Assembly (NCBI GenBank): GCA_945868215.1
Contig: CAMBLN010000001.1
Location: forward strand, 5,424-69,423
Length of the DNA: 64,000 nt
Origin: Opitutus sp. GAS368
Lineage (GTDB): Bacteria; Verrucomicrobiota; Verrucomicrobiia; Opitutales; Opitutaceae
Direction: 5' to 3'
Shown here piece by piece: positions 40,625 to 49,019 of this stretch (the first letter of the stretch is position 1; every line of letters starts with the position of its first letter). Below the pieces are notes generated by a model. That model was not told the origin of the DNA. It did no database searches and saw nothing but the letters and a program-made list of their open reading frames with translations. Both the position numbers and the translations under genes were made by a program.

Positions 40625-42478
40625 ATGCCCGCCTCCCTCGTCTGGCTTCACTCCGACCGCCGCGCGGTCCTCTCGTCCGCCGTCGATGCGAACACCCCCG
40701 CGTGGCGCGCCCATTTGCTCGCCGCCGTCGCGCGCGAGACCGACCCGGCCGGCTCTTCCGAGATGAGCCGCCACGGCGACGGGGCGGTGCAACTTGCCTT
40801 GCGCGGCCTCACCCGGGGCGACGCCGCGCTCGCCGCCTCGGCCGTCAATCTTTGGCTTGGCGGACTCGACGGCATCGAGAAAAACAACGATCTCGGCAAA
40901 GCCCACCTGGCCCTCGACGCCGCCATCCTCTACGACGCCGCGTCCGCACTCTGGCCGGCGGAGACCCTCGCCGCCTGGCAACGCGGTGTGCTGCGGCTCA
41001 TCTCGGCGTTTTTCACCATCAGCCCGGGCAACCCCCACCACATCGTCAACAACTGGTGGGCCGTCACTCACTCCGGGCTTTACTGCGCCGTCGTCGCGCT
41101 GCGCGACTCGGGCATCGATGCCGCCGTCCCCGCCACCGGCCGCACGCTCGCACAGATCGAGTCATGGGCCTGGGGTCGCCTCGATGCGTTCCTCGGCCAC
41201 TTCGGCGAGACGGGCGCCTACCACGAGGGTCTGGGTTATCAGGACTACACGTGCTGCTACCTGCTCGCCGCCGCCCGTCTGCATGAAAACCGCGTCGGCA
41301 CCGCCCTCGCCAACCGCTTCCCCGGCCTCGCCCGCATGGCCGCGCTGATTTTCTCCACCGGCATCGAGGGCCCCGCCCGCAACGACTCCACCGGCGTGCG
41401 CGCCGGCTGGGGCCGCCAGCTCAGCTGGAACGACGCCGGTCTCGGCTGGCCCGACAGCGCCACGCCGCTGCTCGCCCTCGGCTGGGCGGAACCCGCTTTT
41501 CAACCCGCCCTTCGCGACCGCTGGGACCGGCTCTCCGGGCACCTGCGGCCCGACGGACACTCCTCATCTCGTTTCGGAGCGTTGTTTTTCCAACTCGCCC
41601 TTTATCCGGAATTGTCCGCGCCCTCCGCCACCGCCGCCCCGCTGCCGCTTTCCGTGTGCGACCGGCGGCAGGGTTTCTGGTTCACGCGCGATGCCTACGC
41701 CGGCCCCGCCGATGTCGTGCTAGGTGCCTACGCGCGCTGCACCCACCCCGGCGGACACTCCCAGCACGACGCCGGCTCGTTCCGCTTCTCGGCCCTAGGA
41801 TGGGACTGGGTTCTCGGCGGCGGCCAGGCCCGGCCCGAGGCCGGGTGGCAAAGCGTGGTGACCTCCTCCGGCGAGCAGTCCAAAAAAGCCCCGACCGGCT
41901 CCGTCCTGTGGGCGGGCGAACGTGTATTCGGAATGGAACTACGCAGCGTCCACCAAGGCTACGGGGAACGCTACCTCGCGTTTCATCCCGCGGGCCCCGC
42001 CGCCGTCGCCTTGCTCGACTTGATCGACGACCACCGCGACGACCGCGAATGGCGCTGGAACCTCACGTTCTCACCGGAACTCACCTGCACGTTCACCCCC
42101 GGCGGTTTCGTCCTGCTCGCCCCCGACGGCGCCCGGCTCATCGCATCTTTTCTCGGCGATCAACCGGTCTCGTTCGAGCTCGCCCATTCTCCGTCAAGCC
42201 GGCGCACGTTCGCCAATGGCAACATCGTCGACTACTCTTCGCGGCCGTGCGTCGTGGCCCGTTGTCCTCTCCGCAGCTCGCTCGCTCTCTACGTGGTGCT
42301 CACCGTGCACGCCCCCGGTGCCGACCTGCCACCGGCCACGTTGATTCCGGGCCAGGGTCTCTCAGTCGCGTGGGGCGACCAGGTCTGGTCGCAGCCTTTT
42401 GGAGACGCCTTACCCGCCACCGCCACGCCTGCTCTCCTGCGGTGCCAAAGCCCGTATCCCGCCCCCCTTTCCCAGTGA
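40625..42478 (+). CDS. Heparinase II/III-like (alpha/alpha-toroid + beta-sandwich) polysaccharide lyase-like protein
   Basis: NNWWAV, YHEGLGYQDY and GGHSQHDAGSF motifs. No signal peptide. Confidence 0.6.
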   Translation: MPASLVWLHSDRRAVLSSAVDANTPAWRAHLLAAVARETDPAGSSEMSRHGDGAVQLALRGLTRGDAALAASAVNLWLGGLDGIEKNNDLGKAHLALDAAILYDAASALWPAETLAAWQRGVLRLISAFFTISPGNPHHIVNNWWAVTHSGLYCAVVALRDSGIDAAVPATGRTLAQIESWAWGRLDAFLGHFGETGAYHEGLGYQDYTCCYLLAAARLHENRVGTALANRFPGLARMAALIFSTGIEGPARNDSTGVRAGWGRQLSWNDAGLGWPDSATPLLALGWAEPAFQPALRDRWDRLSGHLRPDGHSSSRFGALFFQLALYPELSAPSATAAPLPLSVCDRRQGFWFTRDAYAGPADVVLGAYARCTHPGGHSQHDAGSFRFSALGWDWVLGGGQARPEAGWQSVVTSSGEQSKKAPTGSVLWAGERVFGMELRSVHQGYGERYLAFHPAGPAAVALLDLIDDHRDDREWRWNLTFSPELTCTFTPGGFVLLAPDGARLIASFLGDQPVSFELAHSPSSRRTFANGNIVDYSSRPCVVARCPLRSSLALYVVLTVHAPGADLPPATLIPGQGLSVAWGDQVWSQPFGDALPATATPALLRCQSPYPAPLSQ

Positions 42479-45219
42479 GTATTGTCCAAAACTTCTTCTC
42501 GTCACAAATCCTTCGCGTATCGCTGGCCATTGCCGCCACCTTGTGTGCGCTCCCGCCCACGCAGGGCGAACCCGTCGCGGCTCCCGACGCACCCGCCGTC
42601 ATACGCGTAACCGGATACACGCCTTGGGCCTGGAGTCCTCCTAGCCGCGCGCGCCGCGCCGCATTCCAACACTTCATGTCCGAAGTCGTCGATCCGGCGA
42701 CCGGTCGACCTTGGGGCGAGCTCATCCGCATCGAGGCCGACAACCCCCTCAGCTTCCCCGGTTTCAGCCTCAAGATCCTCAACTTCGCCGCCGGCACCGG
42801 CGAGGAGGTCGTCGCCACCAGCACCGGCATCACCCAGTTTTACCAATACCGCGACCAACGCTTCCTCCTTCCCCTCAACCCCTTCATCTGGGAAATCAAC
42901 CGCGACGCCAAAGGTCGCCCCCTCCGCCTCCCCGACGGCTCGTGGGATTACGTTGCCGGTCCCGACGACGGCCGCGTCCTCCTCTGGCCCGATTGGAAAA
43001 ACCTGGCCCCCGCCTACCGCGAAATGGTCCAGTGGCGCGGCGACCTCTACGGCCTCCCCATCAGCAGCTCCGCCAACGGCCTGCTCTTCCGCCGCGATGC
43101 CTTCACTTCCGCCGGGCTCGACCCCGACCACCCGCCCGCCACGTGGGACGAATTTCTCGACGCCTGCCTGCGCATCTCCGCCCTCTCCACACCCGAATTC
43201 CCCGTCTTCGGTATACAACTCAACGCCAGCGTCATAGAAAGCTACCTGCTCGGCCTCGGCGGCAACCTCGCCCGTTCCGAGACCACGCCCGACGGCTCCA
43301 CCCGCTGGCTCTCCAGCGTCGCCTCGTCCGAAATGATCCGCACCGTCGAGTTCATCCGCCGTCTCACCCTCACGCGCTGGATCATCGACGACCAAGGCCG
43401 CCCCTTTGTCGTCCACCTACCCGACGCCCCTGCCGACTTGGTTCACCCTACCCTCGGCGAAGGCCGCTGGGAGGGCGCGCCCTACGCCGCCGGCTCCCGC
43501 TTCACCTTCCCCGGCCGCACCTACGCCGCCAACGAAATCCGCACCGGCATGGCCTTCAACCAACTGGGCGGCCAAGCCACCGAGGGAAACGTCAAATGGT
43601 ATAACCTCTTCACCGAACAAAAACCCCGCATCGGCATGTCGCTCAACACCCCCGAGCGCTTCGGCGATTTCCTCGCGGCCTTCGACCCCGATCTACTCGA
43701 CTTCGCCCCCGCTCCCGCCGGCCCCGCCGGTCGGGGAGTCTTCGCCCAGGGCGACATCGCCGGCCTCAACTACCGCCTCGCCGACGACCCCGCCACCGCC
43801 CGCCTCGCCTGGAACGTGCTCAGCTACCTCGCCAGCTCCGACTACAAAACCCAGATAGTCCACAGCTACGCCCGCGAAGGCGAAGGCATCGCCGAGACCA
43901 TCGCCCCCCGCCTCCTCGTCGCCAACGGCTACGATACCATCGCCGAACGCGTTTCCCCCTCCCTGCGCGAATACTGGGCCGGCCTCGACGACGCCGTCCG
44001 TCCCGTCATCCCCGCCAAAAACTTCCAGGCCATCACCCAGCAATACCTCAACCCCCTCTTCCGCGAGGCCTCCCTCAACCCCGCCTTCGACTACCGCAAC
44101 GCCCTCGCCGCCGCCCAGGAACAAATCCAGGCACGCCTCGATTTCGCCGCCGGCGACTACTCACGCGTAAAACACCGCGGCCTCGTCGTCGTCGCCATGG
44201 TCGTGATCATCGCCGGCGTCCTCATCGCCACCCTCTACGCCATCCGCTCCATGCTCCATAAAGCGGCCGCGTCCACCGGTGTCACCACCCTCGGCCCCAA
44301 CCCCCGCTACCAAGTCATGGCGTGGGCCCTCCTTTCTCCCGCCCTGCTTCTCATCTGCGTCTTCTCCTACTACCCCATCTTCAAGGCCCTCCCCGTCGCC
44401 TTCCAGGATTACAGCGTCACCGGCACCACCACCTGGGTCGGCACCGCCAATTTCGTCGAGATCTTCACCAACCCCGCCGCCTGGACCGCCCTCCTCAAGA
44501 CCGCCTACTACATGACCCTCAGCATCGGCTTCGGCTTTTTCGCCCCCGTCGTGCTCGCCATCCTGATGAACGAGATCCGCGCGTTCCGCTACTTCCTGCG
44601 CACCGTCTATTATCTGCCCGCGGTCATCGCCGGCATCGTCATGCTCCTGCTCTGGCAGCGCTTCTTCGAGCCCACCCCCAACGGCCTGGTCAACCAGATC
44701 TGGTTCGGCTGTATCCATATCTGGAATACAATCGCCCCCGCCTCTCTGGAGATCGCCCGTCAACCCGTGGACTGGCTCCGCCATCCGGTCTGGGGCATTC
44801 CCGCCGTCGTATTTGTCGGCGTCTGGGGCGGCATGGGGCCCGGCATGCTCATCTACCTCGCCGCCCTCAAGAGCATTCCCGAGGATCTCTACGAGGCCGC
44901 CGAACTCGACGGCGCCGGCTGGGGAGCCCGCTTCTATCACATCACCCTCTCCTACCTTCGCCCGTTGCTCGTCATCAACCTCATCGGTGCCGTCATCGGC
45001 GCCTTCCAGGCCTCCGGCAACATCCTCGCCCTCGCCGGCAACTTCCCCGCCACCTACACCTTCGCCGTCCACCTCTGGTTCGAGACCTTCGGCCTCGGCA
45101 ACTTCGGCGTCGGCACCGCCCTCTCCTGGGTCATGGCCGCCATCCTCATGGGCTTCACCCTCTGGCAGCTCCGCATCCTCCGCAACGTCGAGTTCCGCCG
45201 CTCCCAAGCCGACGACTGA
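42475..45219 (+). CDS. Fusion of extracellular solute-binding protein and sugar ABC permease (MalF-like)
   Basis: GTG at 42475 overlaps the upstream TGA. Signal peptide, SBP_bac_1-like motifs (LYGLPISSSANGLLFRRDAF...PPATWDEF), then a permease with the EAA loop SIPEDLYEAAELDGAG. 914 aa. Confidence 0.85.
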   Translation: MSIVQNFFSSQILRVSLAIAATLCALPPTQGEPVAAPDAPAVIRVTGYTPWAWSPPSRARRAAFQHFMSEVVDPATGRPWGELIRIEADNPLSFPGFSLKILNFAAGTGEEVVATSTGITQFYQYRDQRFLLPLNPFIWEINRDAKGRPLRLPDGSWDYVAGPDDGRVLLWPDWKNLAPAYREMVQWRGDLYGLPISSSANGLLFRRDAFTSAGLDPDHPPATWDEFLDACLRISALSTPEFPVFGIQLNASVIESYLLGLGGNLARSETTPDGSTRWLSSVASSEMIRTVEFIRRLTLTRWIIDDQGRPFVVHLPDAPADLVHPTLGEGRWEGAPYAAGSRFTFPGRTYAANEIRTGMAFNQLGGQATEGNVKWYNLFTEQKPRIGMSLNTPERFGDFLAAFDPDLLDFAPAPAGPAGRGVFAQGDIAGLNYRLADDPATARLAWNVLSYLASSDYKTQIVHSYAREGEGIAETIAPRLLVANGYDTIAERVSPSLREYWAGLDDAVRPVIPAKNFQAITQQYLNPLFREASLNPAFDYRNALAAAQEQIQARLDFAAGDYSRVKHRGLVVVAMVVIIAGVLIATLYAIRSMLHKAAASTGVTTLGPNPRYQVMAWALLSPALLLICVFSYYPIFKALPVAFQDYSVTGTTTWVGTANFVEIFTNPAAWTALLKTAYYMTLSIGFGFFAPVVLAILMNEIRAFRYFLRTVYYLPAVIAGIVMLLLWQRFFEPTPNGLVNQIWFGCIHIWNTIAPASLEIARQPVDWLRHPVWGIPAVVFVGVWGGMGPGMLIYLAALKSIPEDLYEAAELDGAGWGARFYHITLSYLRPLLVINLIGAVIGAFQASGNILALAGNFPATYTFAVHLWFETFGLGNFGVGTALSWVMAAILMGFTLWQLRILRNVEFRRSQADD

Positions 45220-45277
45220 CCCCGTCTTCGCGCCCTTCGTCTCTTCGCTTTAAAACCATACTCAGCCCTCTCTTTCC

Positions 45278-47164
45278 GTGGCCATCATCTCCATCATCGA
45301 CCGCACAAACCCCAAAGGGCGCCTCGCCATGCTCGCCATCTACGCCGTGCTCTTCCTCGGCGCGATCAGCATGCTCTACCCGTTCCTGCTCATGCTCCGC
45401 ATGACCACGTCCGACCCCATCGACCAAACCTCCGTCTCCATCCTGCCGCGCTACCTCTGGGAGGAAAACATCTCCGCCCGTAAATACCTCCTCAAACAAT
45501 ATCGTCTCGTCCCGGCCCGGCAGCTCCCCGCCATCTACGGTGCCCGCGACTGGAGCAACCTAAACCAGGTCGAAGACTTTTACGACCGCCACCTCGCCCC
45601 CTTCGACGCCCTGCCGGCCGAGAAACTCGCCACCCGCATCGCCGACTACGAAGCCTTCAAGGCCCAGGCCGACCTGCTCCAGCTCTACCCCCTCGCCACC
45701 TACCGCCCCGACCAGTCCTTCGAGGATTTCTTCATCGTCAACTGGCTCGCCCGCCGCGAGGGCGTCTCCCCCAAGACCTACCAGTTCTACGAACCTATCC
45801 ACGCCGACTTCGCCCGCCGCGACTGGGTCCCCCCCTTCGATAAATCCTGGACCCAATGGCAGGACTGGCTCGCCCAGCTCCCGCCCTCCCAACGCCTCGC
45901 CGCCAGCGCCCACGCCCAATGGCAGGCCTACCTCGCCGAGAAATACCGCGGACAACTCCCCGCCCTTAACGCCGCCCACGCCACCGCGTATTCAGATTTC
46001 AACCACGGCCCTTGGTTCTCCCCCGAACCCCCCGCCCAAGCCTCCCCCGGCCTCCTCGCCGACTGGACCGACTTCGTCACTTCCCGCTACCCGCTCGTCT
46101 GGCAGAGCCTCCGTCCCTCCGCAGCCGAGACCGCCTCCGCCGACTGGCGCGACTACCTCGCCCAAAGCGTCGCCATCACCACCGCCGACGAATGGACCCG
46201 CCGCACCGGCCTCCCCGCCGACCAAGGCTACACCAACCTTCCTCTCGCCATGCCGCCCGACCAGGCCGCCGCCCGCTGGTGGAGCGCCTTCGTCGCCACC
46301 CGCATACCCGCCTCTGACCGCGTTATCACCTCACCCGAAGCCGACTTCACCGCCTTCCTCCGCACCCGCCACCCCGACCTCGCCTCCCTCAACGCCGCCT
46401 GGGGCACCGACTTCGCCACGTGGGACTCCATCCGCTTCCCCCAGGCCGAAGCCGACTACGCCGTCATCAAAACCCACGCCAACGGCATCCTCTGGGACAT
46501 CTCCCTCGGCAACTACCGCACCGTGTTCAAAGCCCTCGTCCTCGAAGGCCGCGCCTTCAGCAACACCGCGATCATCCTCGCCCTCTCCATCCTCACGTCC
46601 CTCACCGTCAACCCCATCGCCGCCTACGCCCTCTCCCGCTTTCGCGTCAAAGGCACCCAGAAGATCCTCATCTTCCTCCTCGCCACCCTCGCCCTCCCCG
46701 GCGAGGTCGCGATGGTCCCCGGCTTCCTCCTCGTCCGCGACCTCCATCTCATCGACACCTACTGGGCGCTTGTCCTGCCCACCGCCGCCAACGCCTTCAG
46801 CATCTTCCTGCTCAAAGGCTTTTTCGACTCGCTTCCCCAGGAACTCTACGAAGCCGCCCTCATCGACGGCGCCGGCGAGTTCACGCTTTTCACCCGCATC
46901 ACCATCCCGCTGTCGATGCCCATCCTCGCCGTCACGCTCCTCGGCACCGTGACCCACGCTTATAACATCTTCATGCCCGCCGTCATGTATCTGGGCGACA
47001 CCAACATGTGGCCCATCGCCACCAGTATCTATAGAATCGGGCAAACCTCCTCCGCCGGCGTGGGCATGGCTGCGCTCGTGGTCTCCTCGATTTTCCCGCT
47101 CCTCGTTTTCGTTTTCTGCCAACGCATCATCATGCGCGGCATCATTCTCCCCAGCATGAAATGA
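45278..47164 (+). CDS. Sugar ABC permease (MalG-like) with a large extracytoplasmic insert
   Basis: First TM segment ...MLYPFLLML, an insert of about 370 aa, then AAYALSRF and SLPQELYEAALIDGAG EAA loop. Confidence 0.88.
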   Translation: MAIISIIDRTNPKGRLAMLAIYAVLFLGAISMLYPFLLMLRMTTSDPIDQTSVSILPRYLWEENISARKYLLKQYRLVPARQLPAIYGARDWSNLNQVEDFYDRHLAPFDALPAEKLATRIADYEAFKAQADLLQLYPLATYRPDQSFEDFFIVNWLARREGVSPKTYQFYEPIHADFARRDWVPPFDKSWTQWQDWLAQLPPSQRLAASAHAQWQAYLAEKYRGQLPALNAAHATAYSDFNHGPWFSPEPPAQASPGLLADWTDFVTSRYPLVWQSLRPSAAETASADWRDYLAQSVAITTADEWTRRTGLPADQGYTNLPLAMPPDQAAARWWSAFVATRIPASDRVITSPEADFTAFLRTRHPDLASLNAAWGTDFATWDSIRFPQAEADYAVIKTHANGILWDISLGNYRTVFKALVLEGRAFSNTAIILALSILTSLTVNPIAAYALSRFRVKGTQKILIFLLATLALPGEVAMVPGFLLVRDLHLIDTYWALVLPTAANAFSIFLLKGFFDSLPQELYEAALIDGAGEFTLFTRITIPLSMPILAVTLLGTVTHAYNIFMPAVMYLGDTNMWPIATSIYRIGQTSSAGVGMAALVVSSIFPLLVFVFCQRIIMRGIILPSMK

Positions 47165-48000
47165 CCATGCGCTTCCTTCGATCAGTCACGTTGTTCGTTT
47201 TAACCGCGTCCGCCGCCTTTGCCGATTCCCTCGCCGGCAGCTCGGACTCGCGTTCAGAAAAAATTCCCTTCGACCCGGCGGCGTGGACCCTCGTCTGGTC
47301 CGACGAATTCGACAAACCCGGCACGCCCAACCTCGCCGTATGGATCGGCGAACGCGGCTACCGCCGCAACAAGGAGGCGCAATACTACACCGGTGAACGC
47401 CCCGAAAACATCCGCATCGAAAACGGACATCTCGTGATCGAAGCGTTGCGCGACAACTGGGAAGGCAAGCCCATCACCTCCGCCAGCCTGACCACCCGAG
47501 GCAAACACACCTTCCTCTACGGCCGCATCGCCGTGCGCGCCAAGATCCCCACCGGCAGGGGCGCCTGGCCCGCCATCTGGACCATGGGCCAAAACGTGAA
47601 CGAGGTGAACTGGCCCGCCTGTGGCGAGATCGACATCATGGAAAACGTCGGCTTCGACCCGCGAAAAATCCACGCCAACATCCATTGCGCGACCTACAAC
47701 CACAAGAAACGCACCGGCAAGGGACGCGCCATCACGGTCGATGCCCCGTGGTCGGAGTTTCATGAATACGCGGTCGAATGGTATGAGGACCGGCTGGAGT
47801 TCTTCTTCGACGACACACGTTATTTTGTTTTCCGCAAAGAGTCCGATGACCCCGCCGTGTGGCCGTTTGCCCAACCGCATTACCTGCTCCTCAACCTCGC
47901 CATCGGCGGCACCTGGGGCGGCCAGAAAGGCATCGACGACTCCATCTTCCCCCTCCGTTTCGAAATCGACTACGTGCGCCACTACCAGCGCAAAAAATGA
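47161..48000 (+). CDS. GH16 glycoside hydrolase (laminarinase/beta-glucanase-like), secreted
   Basis: Signal peptide, LVWSDEF, WPAIW, WPACGEIDIME catalytic motif, DYVRHYQ. Confidence 0.9.
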   Translation: MTMRFLRSVTLFVLTASAAFADSLAGSSDSRSEKIPFDPAAWTLVWSDEFDKPGTPNLAVWIGERGYRRNKEAQYYTGERPENIRIENGHLVIEALRDNWEGKPITSASLTTRGKHTFLYGRIAVRAKIPTGRGAWPAIWTMGQNVNEVNWPACGEIDIMENVGFDPRKIHANIHCATYNHKKRTGKGRAITVDAPWSEFHEYAVEWYEDRLEFFFDDTRYFVFRKESDDPAVWPFAQPHYLLLNLAIGGTWGGQKGIDDSIFPLRFEIDYVRHYQRKK

Positions 48001-48827
48001 CTTCATCAGGCCGCCGGCCATCGCGGTTAATCCTGTTATTCGTAGCGTTGATCACCGCTGCGTCCGCCTGCGCGCAGGACCGCGTGGTGGTGATGAGTTA
48101 TAACATCCTCCGCCCCGAGTGGGCGAAACCCGCCGACCCCGCGTGGGGCGAACGGGTGGGCGGCATCGCGAAACTACTCGGGACGCATAAGCCGGATATC
48201 GTGGGCTTGCAGGAAGAGAACGATTCGATGGTGGCCGACCTGCTGGATCGGCTCCCCGACTACGCCTACCTTTATCCGGTTCCGGAGAAAGGCGGACGGC
48301 TGCTCTTTCGTTACCGCACGTGGACTCCGCTGGCGGTTCGCCAGGAAAACGGACCCGGCGGCCGCGTCCTCACCGAAGCCTTGTTGCGCGGGCCCGGCGG
48401 ACGGCGCCTCTATGTTTACAACGCACATTTTTCCCCGTTTGAGGAAAAGGCCCGACTTGAAGCCGCTGCCCTGCTCGCGCGGATGATTGCGACCCGCGCG
48501 GAGACATCCGTGCCTGTGGTGGTGACGGGCGATCTCAACTCGGTTCCCGCTTCGCCCCCGCTGCGCTTCCTGACCCAGGACGATAACGGGCCGCGGCTCA
48601 CCGACCCCTTCGCGGCGCTCGGCCTCCCCTCACCCCGCACGGCGGATGCCTACACTGCGCATCGGCCGGGCGCGGGAATCAGACTGGACTTCGTGTTGTT
48701 TGCCGGAGCCCTGCGTCCCCTCGGCGCGAACGCCATCGAGGACAAGCCCGACGGGGTTTACCCGTCCGATCATCTTCCGGTGTGCGCCGTCTTTTCCTGG
48801 GAGCCTCCTCCCCGCCAAAAACCGTAA
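47997..48827 (+). CDS. Exported endonuclease/exonuclease/phosphatase (EEP) family protein
   Basis: ATG at 47997 (ATGA overlap), signal peptide, MSYNI, DIVGLQE, YNAHF, GDLNS, RLDFV, SDHLPV. Confidence 0.88.
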   Translation: MTSSGRRPSRLILLFVALITAASACAQDRVVVMSYNILRPEWAKPADPAWGERVGGIAKLLGTHKPDIVGLQEENDSMVADLLDRLPDYAYLYPVPEKGGRLLFRYRTWTPLAVRQENGPGGRVLTEALLRGPGGRRLYVYNAHFSPFEEKARLEAAALLARMIATRAETSVPVVVTGDLNSVPASPPLRFLTQDDNGPRLTDPFAALGLPSPRTADAYTAHRPGAGIRLDFVLFAGALRPLGANAIEDKPDGVYPSDHLPVCAVFSWEPPPRQKP

Positions 48828-48844
48828 TCAGGGGCGGCGAATAA

Positions 48845-48988
48845 TGTATCGTTAAAGTGTTTTATCGCTGCCGCACCGGCCAAAATCAACAGCCCAAACC
48901 CCTGCAAATAATAACTTAAGCCACTAACCAATAACGGTCATCAAGCTCATGGCATCACGGAAATCGCTCGATTCAATTTATCGTTTTA
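48845..48988. promoter_or_regulatory. Two putative operator boxes (TGTATCGTTAAA 48845-48856; TTTATCGTTTTA 48977-48988)
   Basis: Consensus matches in the AT-rich region upstream of the GH28/GH42 operon. Confidence 0.45.
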
Positions 48989-49019
48989 CTTAAAAATACG
49001 ATTACTCAAGATCCCGCCC

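Noticed and set aside
41656-42474. Upstream extension of the SBP-permease ORF to 41656
   Set aside because: It overlaps the lyase-like gene in another frame. The GTG at 42475 with GTGA coupling and a signal peptide is the better start.
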